Positions 50,942-62,498 of a stretch of 64,000 nucleotides of DNA are shown piece after piece. The DNA lies in the NCBI RefSeq assembly GCF_006345805.1, contig NC_043013.1:21514001-21578000 (forward strand), given 5' to 3'. The stretch's first letter is position 1, and each line of letters opens with the position of its first letter. The notes below the pieces were generated by a model that was not told where the DNA came from, ran no database searches, and saw nothing but the letters and a program-made list of their open reading frames with translations. The stretch is from Octopus sinensis (lineage: Eukaryota). The position numbers were made by a program, and so were the translations under genes.

Positions 50942-51684
50942 AGATTGAATGTGATTGAAGAGATACTTGTGTGTCTTGAGTTCCTATTATGAAATAGGCA
51001 CCCACCCCACTCTGTCTTTGGGTTAATAGAGGAAAAAAAAAAGGAAAACAAAAATCAGATCTTTGAAGAAAATCAAGGGTGAGAAAACAAGATTCATTCT
51101 GTGGTTGCTTAGGAAACTATTTTCCAGTTATTCTTGGTTTTATTCCAACTGGAACCTGGAATTTCAAAGGAGATCGCAATGACCCCATTCTGTCTTTAAG
51201 CAATTCAAATAAGCTCAAGCTGGAGCAACTATAAAAGCCAGCTTGTGAACCACTTTCTTAAAGGAATACCTACTTTTGTTGAAAGAAAATAAAACAATGT
51301 TTATAAAGTACCCAGGACAGATAATGTGTGAGTGTGTGTATTTTTAGAACATGTAAATATCTTGAAATTTTTCTCTTTTTTTTTAATTTTTATATTTGTA
51401 TCTAAAAAAAAAAAATTTACACAAATATTTTTGTATTTTTTCATGATAAAAAAAAGTTAACTGAGTAAGACATTTGAATGCGAAATGTATGTGGATGTGA
51501 TTTTAGCTGACAATTCAGTAGTTTTGTCAATAATTTCTCAAGTTTTGTGAAAGTTGATAACTTTATTGGAAATATTTTACTCAGAAATAAATAATAGTTT
51601 ATCAAACTACAATTTTCTTTTGTTTTAAATAATTTCAATGACGTCACACTGTGAAACCTGGTAAAATGTTTATCTTTGTAACAT

Positions 51685-51997
51685 AAAGTGGATGGAATTT
51701 GTGGAAGAGGGAGACCCAGAAAGATATAAAGGCCGATCTGAAGACACTGAGTCTTACAAAGGAGATGATTAAGGACTGAGATGTGTCTGGCACAATTGCT
51801 GTACCCAAGAAGACCCCTCTGTCACAACAGAATTGGTAACGGTGCTGGTGTCACATAAAAAGCAACCAGTACACTTTGTGGAGTGGTGTTGGGAAGGTCT
51901 TCCAGCTGTAGCGACCATACCAATATAGACAATGGAGCTTGGTGCAGCCCCTGACCATACCAGCTCCGTTCCTCCCATGCCAGCATGGAAAATGATA
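51685..51997 (+). mobile_element. RTE LINE 3' end (ORF end plus family C UTR)
   Basis: KVDGICGRGRPRK...ADLKTLSLTKEM followed by a degenerate family C core and tail. Confidence 0.7.
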
Positions 51998-52013
51998 TGT
52001 AACTTAGAAGTGC

Positions 52014-52390
52014 TTTTTTTTTTTTTTTGTTATAAACTACAGATGATCATATTATCAAAAATGAACCTATACGCATCAAGATGTATCTAAATAATGTATT
52101 GATTACCAACTTCCAGCCTGTTGTTAATTTGGGGGCCTTGTCTGTGTATGAGTATAGCTTCCTTAATTCTTAAATTACCTAAATTTCTTTCATTGGCCTC
52201 AATTGTGACTGTTATGCTTTTGTCGGTGTTCCAGCATCTGTCTAGATGTTTTCTGAAGGAGGAAGCTCTCGTGTTCAGATGTTCTTTGATGCGGACGTGT
52301 AACAGGCTTGTTGTGCTACCCATGTAGAACTTGTTACATTGTATTCTATAAAAAAAGAAAGAAGGGGAAAAAAAGGAAGCTCCACGTATA
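52014..52390 (-). mobile_element. Penelope-like GIY-YIG endonuclease 3' fragment with poly(A) tail
   Basis: YRIQCNKFYMGSTTSLLHVRIKEHL...FRKHL...LRIKEAILIHRQGPQINNRLE* (stop 52087); T15 at 52014-52028; flanked by GTAACTTAGAAG at 51999 and 52395. Confidence 0.8.
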
Positions 52391-52568
52391 ATACGTAACT
52401 TAGAAGCAGCGCTATGGATGTACCAACACACACGAGATTAAGACTTGGCCGACCTCATACACTTCTCATGAGGAATTCCGGAAGGAGCATCGTGAGATCA
52501 CTGCTGAGATACTTCCGAAAAAAGAAAAGCCATTGGAAAACCATTTATAGCAGCGACTCTATCTAAGA

Positions 52569-52605
52569 ATATCTGAAGAAGGGATATTATTCCGAAATAT
52601 CATAT
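52569..52605 (+). ncRNA. Candidate minimal type I hammerhead ribozyme upstream of a Penelope ORF
   Basis: ATAT-CTGAAGA-A-GGGAT(ATT)ATTCC-GAAA-TAT-C-ATAT: canonical core, 5-bp stem II, palindromic helix III ATAT, AUC site after 52601, 4-bp stem I. Confidence 0.7.
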
Positions 52606-52709
52606 CAGACTATGGTTGACTAAATTACAACGGGTATATAGACCATTGTCTGTATTATAGTGCATTGTTGTACCATTCAAAACATTTTATTCTTTATAAA
52701 CAATACACA

Positions 52710-53480
52710 ATGCTTCAAGCAAACTACAATACTCTGCTCTCTCTACGCCTGGCCCAGGCCGAGTTCGCAAACGCTAGGGAGTTGATCAAGCTATCTCAGG
52801 AACGTGCTAAAATCGGATGCCAAATAAACTTTCTAAAACGCTGCCTAAAAACAACGTAATTCCTAAAACCATCAGGAACCTACATCTACCCTCGTGTTTC
52901 CACAGCCTTGCCCTTCGACGATCACTGAAATACATACATACGTTCGTCATCAGGAAAATCATACACCATCTACACGAACAACTACATGAGCACAAACATG
53001 AATTCTTTGAAATAATATCCAGCATCACGCCAACCATTGAACATACATACTGAAGAACCATCGCAGCTATTGACCGATGCTACTACCACTGCTTTGACCA
53101 AGAGAAGACACGCCTCAAACTTAAATTCCAATGACTTTGTAACAAATACCAACACGACTCGGCATATTACACCGACACAGATGAACCGGACACGTCCACC
53201 AAACAAGATAACACTAACACCGAGGACGCCAGCACACCATCAGCAACAAAATCCCGAGTCACAGACTTGAGTGGGTCACTCTCCCATGAAGGACTAGAAT
53301 TTCTCAGTCTGGGTCCTAAATTTATTTTGAGTCAACAGCTGAAGGAAAAAATCTTATTCGACCTGGAAGCCAACTTTTGTCGAACAGCCTACCAACTCAA
53401 ATGGCTATCGGCGATAAAGAAGAACAACACACTCGGCAGATTTCAATTTGAAGTGCCATTTCATCAAGCTGAACCGTTAA
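52710..53480 (+). pseudogene. Penelope-like element ORF N-terminus (one frameshift, two TGA stops, truncated before RT)
   Basis: MLQANYNTLL...INFLKRCLK/NNVIPKTIRNL...KTRLKLKFQ*L...RVTDLSGSLSHEGLEFLSLGPKF...DLEANFCRTAYQLKW; motifs typical of PLE N-termini. Confidence 0.7.
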
Positions 53481-54589
53481 TCCCTACACAGTTCTTTCTC
53501 TCACCATCTTTGTCTTTTGTTTCTTTCCGTTTTTACCCTCTCAATCCTTTTAGTCGAAGAGCATAGGTTCGAAGCGTCAAAGACTTTTCCATTCTTTCCA
53601 AGCGTCAAACTAATACACCTGCTTGTTGTTCCTTCACCTGCCTTCGTCTTTTGTTTTCTGCAAATTTGAACTACACACACACACACACACACATATGGGT
53701 GTGTAATCAGGTTACAGGTGCCACACTATAGAGCACTCAATATATTTTGACAGTTATAGAAATCAGTTAATCCATGATACAACTATTTTCAAAATCATTC
53801 AATGTGGTTGAATTCATTTTCATCCGATAAAGTAACAAAGTCGTTAGTGTTGGACGAAAATGCCTTGGCGAATATTATTTTATTTTCAAACCACTGTTGT
53901 CAACTCTCATCAGGGGTTGATAAAATTGCCAGGGTAGGACTGCAGACTGGTGGAAATGTCAGACATGTCTTGCCTTATGACTCTTTGTATTGTGTTTAAA
54001 TCCCATCGTAGCCCTATTCCCATTTCACAGACCCACATACACTCTTATGCATCTCTACATCCATACAGAGTAACCGTACCACGGGCTACTTTGGCATGTG
54101 GGCGTAGATAACCCCCTTCATGCGTGTACTCACCGACTCACTGATGTACACATCATCCCATGCCCCTAAATTGCTTTCCCACACCATAACATATCACTTA
54201 AATACATTGCGTATAGGTACCCCTTTTAGCAAGAATATCCTTCACATCCATGTGCACACACAAACACCAGTATTGTGAGCTTTCCACTGCCCCAGTCTTT
54301 TTCCCTCTCTTATCCTTCGCCTTTTCTCCTCTTTCCCTCTCACACTTTCACTTTCCCTTTCCCTCTTTCTACTTATTACTCCACCCCGACGACTTATTTT
54401 ATCGACCCCGAAAGGATGAGAGGCAAAGTGGCCCTCAGCGGAATTTGAACTCAGAATGTGAAGACGGACGAAATACCGGCTGTGCCAACGATTCTGCCAG
54501 CTCCCGCCCCCAAAATATTAATAATATTTTTAGCAATTCTCTCACTCAACAATGATGAATGATGATGAAGGTGCATTAATATACGAATC

Positions 54590-55030
54590 CCTATATACCC
54601 ATCATGATTATCCGTCTGATAAGAGTACATCATGTGCGCGACATGGTAACCTTGTATCAAGGTAAACAGCGCATAACCTTGCAGGTGTGGCCTAGTTAGA
54701 ATTTTTTTTGGTCGAGTAGCACATCCCACTCAAAAGGTCCCTGAATAAGGTTCGAGGATGGTGAATGAAACACCCATGTTTCCAGAGGTGAATTACCCAA
54801 ACCCCAAAGAATTCCTCTCAACACATGGCTATGATGCTCCCCCCTACTTCTGCTCGTGATCAGAGATGCACATTTCGTCAGCCACTAAGGGACATGCTCA
54901 ACTGGTTAAGGTCAAACAACCTACAAGAAAATCTGTGATATTGATCAGAATATTTGCTGTAACCCATCTTTTATACCAAGACAAAACATGTACATGATTA
55001 CACTTCCAATTAGTTAAGATCAGAAGGCAT
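54590..55030 (-). mobile_element. Unclassified interspersed repeat (SINE-like)
   Basis: Resembles an abundant octopus repeat from recall only; single copy in this window. Confidence 0.35.
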
Positions 55031-55773
55031 GTAAACCACTGTCTTGTACTGTACCAGGGTATAATAATAATAATGATGCTGCTAATGATGATGATGATAA
55101 TCGCGAAACTCAGCTAAAATTATTGCTACTACTTCGACGACCACCACCACCATCATCATCATCACCATCGCCCTCATTGACAGGAGGAACATAAAGACGG
55201 AGCAGGTCAACAAAGCCATTCAGTGTTGTTAAACGACAATTCTATGGTTTTACTATCTCTGGTCGAATGATACTTCAAGTAAAACATATTTGCTAACCAT
55301 TGCAGACCTCTCCCCGACACCATTACCCATGGGTTTCCGCTGTAATTTCATCCTCTTCTACACAACCTTCCAGTCTGTGAAATCGCAAAATGTCAAGCGA
55401 ACTACGCAATATTTAATAATATTGGAAATTTTTATCGTTTTTCCATCTGCGCAGGCAATGGGTTGTAAAGATATGGTTCGAATTGGCGACAGAGATATAA
55501 AATGAGTGTGTACGTGCGCGCGTCTGTGTATGTGCGTCTGTGTGTGCGTACGTGAATGTGATGGCGACAGAGGAGTCGAGAATGAAAAAGGATTTTGCTG
55601 ATGTACTTAAAATTCTAACAGTAACTAGATGTACCCAAGCACCAATGGAACATCTGCCACACCAACCCACAAAAACACATTTGATTTCCTGGAAATTTCC
55701 CCTCGGAAATTAAGGAGTTAGGTAAGAAACCTTTCACTGTTACAACTCAATATCTCATAATGTCCTCCATCAT

Positions 55774-56200
55774 CTTTTTCTTTCCCCTCCTCCTCCCCTC
55801 CCTCTCCTCCTCCCCCCTCTCCTCCCCCCTCTCCTCCTCTCACTCTCTTCATCTCCATCTCCCCTCCCTCTTCTCTCTTTCAAGCTCATTCTCTTCCTCT
55901 GCTCCTTTCCTATCTTCAGCTCTATTTTCCTTTTCTCTTTTCCCCTTCATATTACCTTCTCTTCCTCTTCAACTTTCTCTCTCTCTCTCTCTCTCTCTCT
56001 CCCCCCCTTTCTGTCCTCTTTTCCTTATTTTCTGTCCTCTTCCTTTTTTGTTCTCTTATTTCCTTCTTTTTTTTTTATTTCATTTATTTCCCCAAACCGC
56101 TTCCTTCTGTCTGCTCCTTCTCTCTTTCCTCTCTCTCATCTTCTACTCCTTCTCTCTCCTTTTTCTACTACCTTTCTCTGTCCCTCTTTTAATTCTTTCC
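55774..56200. repeat. Long polypyrimidine (CT-rich) low-complexity tract
   Basis: About 430 bp almost entirely C/T on the + strand. Confidence 0.9.
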
Positions 56201-56311
56201 TCCATTGTCCTTAATCTAGAAAGGCAACTCAAAATGTCTTAATATAATAATAATAATAATAATACAACTTCAATTCACATGGATATCTATCTATCTACCT
56301 ACCTCTCTCTA

Positions 56312-56344
<33 letters not shown>

Positions 56345-56353
56345 GTCTGTTTG

Positions 56354-56393
<40 letters not shown>

Positions 56394-56852
56394 GCCATCT
56401 ATCTAGCCATCTATCTATCTATCTATCTATCTGTCGGTCCGCCTGTCCGTCTATCAAGCAATCAGTGTGCGCGTGCGCTCACGCTGTCTGAGGAGGTACG
56501 TAACCAAGAAGTTAGAGTATTCGGTTCGGTTCCTGAAGTAGAGGTTCGGTTCTGAGTAGAGAGTGGCTCGTTGTACCTTTGACTAAGGGTCTTCATTTCG
56601 CATTGCTTCAGCCTACTTGGCTGTAAATGTTTACCACCCTAGTGCTTATTTAGCTGTCTCTCCTCCAGGTGTTACATCACTGATGTCCCGCATGCAACTC
56701 CATGGTCAACGAAGACAATTATAATAGGCGTGGTACAAAGTGCCAGGTTATAAATGAAATTGCGTGTATATATATATATAAATTGTGTGTGTATATATAT
56801 ATATATGTGTGTGTGTATATGTATATAAATTGCGCATATATATATATATATA

Positions 56853-57217
56853 TGGAAGTACTCCGTCGGTTGATCCGAATCAACGGAACAGCCTGCTCGT
56901 GAAATTAACGTGTAAGTGGCTGAGCACTCCACAGACACGTGCACCCTTAACGTAGTTCTCGGGGATATTCAGCGTGACACAGAGAGTGACAAGGCCGGCC
57001 CTTTTGAAATACAGGTACAACAGAAACAGGAAGTAAGAGTGAGAGAAAGTTGTGGTGAAAGAGTACAGCAGGGATCACCACCATCCCCTGCCGGCGCCTC
57101 GTGGGGCTTTTAGGTGTTTTCGCTCAATAAACACTCACAACGCCCGGTCTGGGAATCGAAACCGCGATCCTATGACCGCGAGTCCGCTGCCCTAACCACT
57201 GGGCCATTGCGCCTCCA
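56853..57217 (-). mobile_element. tRNA-derived SINE, family D
   Basis: Near-identical reverse complement of 61533-61918, with a short 3' deletion. Confidence 0.9.
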
Positions 57218-57377
<160 letters not shown>

Positions 57378-57546
57378 TGTTATAAATGAGATAGGGGTTG
57401 AAAATTCAACCCACCATGGGATAACATATATCAATATACTGCTAGATAGGTACCCAACAAGACTAATACATAGATGTTAAAAATTGACAAACAATCAGTT
57501 CATCTATTGTATTATATGGGTAAAGGTAATAATATTACCGTAATTA

Positions 57547-57912
57547 ATACTACAAAATTAGAAAATGGAGAACATACTTAAATCATAAAACATCAACTAT
57601 CAGATGATACCCAATCAATACTTTATTACACCATTACATATCAGTAAAGGCATTATACAAAAATACAGTAAATGTAAATAGACAAGGAAATATAAGTATG
57701 AAATTTAAAATATAATATGTAATTAAATATGTAATTTAATTACATATTATATTTTAAATTTTATATTTCCTTGTCTATTTACATTTACTGTATATTTTGT
57801 ATAATGCCTTTACTGATATGTAATGGTGTAATAAAGTATTGATTGGGTATCATCTGATAGTTGATGTTTTATTGATTTAAGTATGTTTCTCCATTTTCTA
57901 ATTTTGTAGTAT
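57547..57912. repeat. About 180-bp near-perfect inverted repeat with 5-nt loop
   Basis: 57547-57728 vs 57734-57912; a few small indels. Confidence 0.92.
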
Positions 57913-57936
57913 ATATATAATATATATATATATATA

Positions 57937-58830
57937 CTAGCGGACGTAATTCCCGGGAAAGCGGGGTTTATCCCTTGGTTCCGTTCTCATAATTGTTTCG
58001 CAAATAAAATAACAACAATACAAAGTATGTCGCCCATTAACCGTTTTTTTGCTTTTACAGAGAATACCGAACTGTCTTACAAAGGATCTTGTTTTTAGGA
58101 ATTCCCAATAAGATATGAATACCCAAATTGTGAAGTCACTTATGTAATAACGTGAATTTAGTTACTCAATAGTAAGAGTTCAAATGAAGTAGCCTTTAAT
58201 GCATTCCCAGAGAATATAGAACACAGGAGGAAATGCTAATAATGTATGTATACTAAAATCCTGAAGCATGTTACGAAATACAGGCTAATCAGAAATGAGA
58301 TAATAATAATTCAAAGTAAATAACTCTGAAAAGGGATTTTATGCGTCTCCAGAGAATTTTATCTCCAGGTATATTCGTGAATAAGTCACTAAGCGAAATA
58401 AGTGGATCTATTGTTTTGGAAAATGCTATTTACTTATTTAAGGGTTGTACTGGATAATTTTGCGAAAATAACTCTAACAGTTCAAATATAAAGAAATAAG
58501 AATACTCAACTTCATTTTTAGCAAATAATTTAGGAAAATAAATGGCTTATTTCCGTTGGCTATATATAAGGTTCCCTTCCAGGATCGAATGGGTTATTTC
58601 CCGTGATTTTTTTGAATAAAATATATTAGATATATAAAAGGATCCCTTCCAGGGGTCCTATTATCGATTTTTTTCAACAATCTGAGTATGCCATGAGGCT
58701 TCCAGATATGAGTTCTACTCACGTGTCAAGTTTCATCAAAATCGATAAAACTATGTAGGAGGAGTTAGCTAACAACTCCACAAACACACCCACACACAGA
58801 ATTCCCCACGTATGTAGTAGATATAGTAGA
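57937..58830 (-). mobile_element. Non-autonomous Helitron (second family)
   Basis: Minus strand A|TCTACTATATCTACTAC ... CCCCGCTTTCCCGGGAATTACGTCCGCTAG|T. Confidence 0.8.
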
Positions 58831-59240
58831 TCATGGTTCAAGTGAATCAGGCACTTAAGTGGTAAGGCACCGGGTCAGGTCGAAAACTAGAATAATATGT
58901 ACACAACAAAAATGGAAGAGTACATACTGAAGTACACGATAAACTGTACTCACTGAGTGTATCATGAGGTCCGAGGCTAATCAGGAAACACACACAGCAC
59001 AAAATGTACGGTCCATAATATATTTCGGATCTACTCAAGGAGCAGGTTTCGAGTGAGGTGAATAATATTTAAATGAATAACAATAGACGGATAACATATT
59101 AATTCCATACAGCTGTTTCCAACGAAATTATCCTGGATAACCTTGTTGCTTATTTTGATTTTATTCACCTTACTTTGAAATTGTATGGATAATACCGTAC
59201 TAAATTCTGGTGTCTCAACCTAAGTACCATATTCATCTGG

Positions 59241-59460
<220 letters not shown>

Positions 59461-59655
59461 ATATATATATATCTTCCATCTTTTACTTGTCGTAGTCATT
59501 AGATCGCGCCTATGCTGGGGCACCACATTCAAGATCGACCCCAGCACTTAATTTTTTAAATGCCTGGCACTTATTCTATCGGTTATCCACCGGTTGTCAA
59601 GTGGTCCTGTGGGAACAAACACAGATACAAAGGTACAAAGACGTACACACACGCG

Positions 59656-59711
<56 letters not shown>

Positions 59712-59740
59712 TATTTGACAGGCTTTGAGAATTATTAGTA

Positions 59741-59840
59741 NNNNNNNNNNNNNNNNNNNNNNNNNNNNNNNNNNNNNNNNNNNNNNNNNNNNNNNNNNNN
59801 NNNNNNNNNNNNNNNNNNNNNNNNNNNNNNNNNNNNNNNN
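59741..59840. other. Assembly gap (100 N)
   Basis: Run of exactly 100 N; order and distance across it are uncertain. Confidence 1.
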
Positions 59841-60153
59841 GAATTGATAAAAAGGATCACAAATGTGCAGCTCCCAAAATTGCTGCAGAGCTTAATGACC
59901 ACCCCGAGAACCCAGAATCCACAAAAACTGTTCGTCAGGAACTGCGCAAAGCCGATTTCATGGGAGGGTTGCAATCAGAAAACCACTACTTTCAAAAACA
60001 AACGTTGCAAAGCGTTTAGAGTAGGGTAAAAACCAACAGAATTTCTCCCTAGAGCAGTGGAAGAAAGTTATTTTCTCGGGCGAGTCATCCTTTACCTTAC
60101 TTCCGACCACCGGCCGAGTATACGTGTGGAGACAGGCAAAAGAAGCATTTGCT
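59841..60153 (+). mobile_element. Tc1 transposase N-terminal / HTH fragment
   Basis: STKTVRQELRKA/FHGRVAIRKPLLSKTNVAKRLE*...QWKKVIFSGESSF...GRVYVWR; first catalytic D mutated (SDES to SGES). Confidence 0.85.
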
Positions 60154-60894
60154 TCTAAAATTAAAAAAAAAATCGTCGTCCATGTTTAATTTTCTTGTAT
60201 TTTTATTTATTTCAATTATTAGATTGCGGCCATGCTAGAACATCACCTTAAAACATTCGAACAAATCGATCCAGAACTTACTTTTTAAAATCTAATTCTT
60301 AATGTATCTATAATTTTTTTAATCGAACCGCTAAGTTACGGGAGCGTAAACAAACCAATACTGGTTTTCAAGTGGTGTTGGAAATCAAGCCCATTCACAC
60401 GCGCACCCCCATATATAGGCGTGGCTGTGTGGTAAGAAGCTTGCTTCCTAACCTCATGGTTCTTGATTCAGCTCCACTGTCACTCAAGGTGGAACCTTGA
60501 GCAAGTGTCTTCCACTTTAGCCTCGGTCCGACCAAAGCCATGTGAGTATATTTGGTAGACGAAAACTGAAAGAATCCCGAACACGCACGCGCGTGCGCAC
60601 ACAGACGTTCACACATACACACACACACATAAATATTATGCATGAGTAAGCGCGCGTACGTGTGTCTTTTTTTTTTTTCATATTTTGAAAAAGTCTGAAG
60701 TGTTCCTTCATAACATTCCCTATGCCATACACAAACACTTTGCAGCGCAAAATCCCCCAAGTATGTTCTGTTACAAATCCTTAGAGAATGAACTCGGTGT
60801 AATGCAAATGACTTTGAAAACTAAAAGGGAAGCAAAACAATTTTAGATTTACTTTATAAACTAGATCTCTTACCTCCTTTATCTTTTATTTTCT

Positions 60895-61117
60895 GCATGT
60901 TTCAGTCATTAGATGGCGGCCAAGATCGGGGACCATCTTGAAGTAATTTTCGTGGAATGAATCGACCCCTATACTTATTTATTTTAAAGCCTGGTACTTA
61001 TTCTATCGGTTTCTTTTGCCGATCCGCCAAGTTACAGAGACCTAAACACGCCAGCACCGGCTGTCAAGCGGCGTGAAGTGGGGACAACACAAATACAAAG
61101 GGGTCCCCTCCCACATA

Positions 61118-61186
<69 letters not shown>

Positions 61187-61378
61187 TATATATATATACA
61201 TATATATACAAACATATACAACGAGCTCCTTTTGTTTCCGTCTACCAAATCCACTCAAGAAGCTTTGGTCGGCCCGATGTATTAGTATAAGTCACTTGCC
61301 CATGATTCCACGCAGTGAGACCGAACCTGGAACCACATGGTTGAGAAGCAAGCTTCTTATCACACAGCTGCACCTGCG
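60895..61378 (-). mobile_element. SINE family B with expanded central (CA)n
   Basis: Degenerate tail 60895-61100 and head 61225-61378. Confidence 0.7.
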
Positions 61379-61532
61379 CCTTTGTTTGAAACCGTTCGAC
61401 TGATACAGCTTTTCCTAATCATGTCTGCAACTTCGGTTGTAAAAGAAAGAAGCTTCTCAACTTCGAACAGCCATTATTAAGATGCACAGTGGCGCAAGAA
61501 TGGTTATCTTTATCGGTTGGTATTCCTATCAG

Positions 61533-61918
61533 TGGAGGCGCAATGGCCCACTGGTTAGGGCAGCGGACTCGCGGTCATAGGATCGCTGTTTCGATTCCCA
61601 GACCGGGCGTTGTGAGTGTTTATTGAGCGAAAACACCTAAAGCTCCACGAGGCTCCGGCAGGGGAAGGTGGTGATCCCTGCTGTACTCTTTCACCACAAC
61701 TTTCTCTCACTCTTACTTCCTGTTTCTGTTGTACCTGTATTTCAAAGGGCCGGCCTTGTCACTCTCTGCGTCACGCTGAATATCCCCGAGAACTACGTTA
61801 AGGGTGCACGTGTCTTTGGAGTGCTCAGCCACTTACACGTTAATTTCACGAGCAGGCTGTTCCGTTGATTCGGATCAACCGGAACCCTCGTCGTCGTAAC
61901 CGACGGAGTGCTTCCACC
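61533..61918 (+). mobile_element. Young tRNA-derived SINE, family D, with 11-bp TSD
   Basis: tRNA-like head TGGCCCACTGGTTAGGGCAGCGGACTCGCGGTCATAGGATCGCTGTTTCGATTCC; TSD ATTCCTATCAG at 61522-61532 and 61919-61929. Confidence 0.92.
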
Positions 61919-62238
61919 ATTCCTATCAGGAAACTGATATTCTTTAAGTTATTTCTTCATTGCCTGCGGGTGGCTAAACATGGAGGGGAGCTAAACATAG
62001 GGGGGGGGAGATATTCTTTAGTTTATAACGATTAACGGATATCATAACTAAGATATTTGAAAAACCCGCTTATAAAATAAAAAAAAAATGCTTGGAATTC
62101 ATGATTAAATGGAATATTTCTTCCTTATAAAATATCTACCCTTTTGATTTGCCATTTATTATTGTAAGACCGGTTTCATGTGAATGCATCGCTTACTTTA
62201 TGATAGGAAATGAAAGTGATTCTATTAATCGCCATCAT

Positions 62239-62458
62239 ATTGGTTTCAAATTTTCATACAGGGCCAGCAATTTCGGGGACAATGGGCGGATCGATTGCAT
62301 CGATCCCAGTGTTCAACTGGTACTTAGTTTATCGACTCCGGAAGGATGAGAGGCAAAGTGGACCACGGCAGAATTTGAACTCAGAACGTAAGAACGGATG
62401 AAATGCTGCTAAGCATTTTGCCTGGGGCGCTAACCATTCTGCCAGCCCATCGCTCCCT
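62239..62458 (-). mobile_element. SINE family A variant with alternative tail, 16-bp TSD
   Basis: TATTAATCGCCATCAT at 62223-62238 and 62459-62474. Confidence 0.88.
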
Positions 62459-62498
62459 TATTAATCGCCATCATGTTAGTCACCTGAAGGATTATAAC

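Larger units (their letters stand above)
48443..51680 (+). other. Probable CDK2 3' UTR (end unknown)
   Basis: AT-rich 3.2 kb lacking the common SINE/RTE copies; AATAAA at 49016, 49411, 49503, 51288, 51586. Confidence 0.4.

Noticed and set aside
55561-55730. Possible exon (ATG at 55561, strong donor AG|GTAAGA near 55722)
   Set aside because: The frame stops before the donor; no homology or partner exons recognisable.
61533-61610. tRNA gene (also heads of SINE families A and B)
   Set aside because: No complete acceptor stem; continuous with a SINE body and flanked by a TSD.
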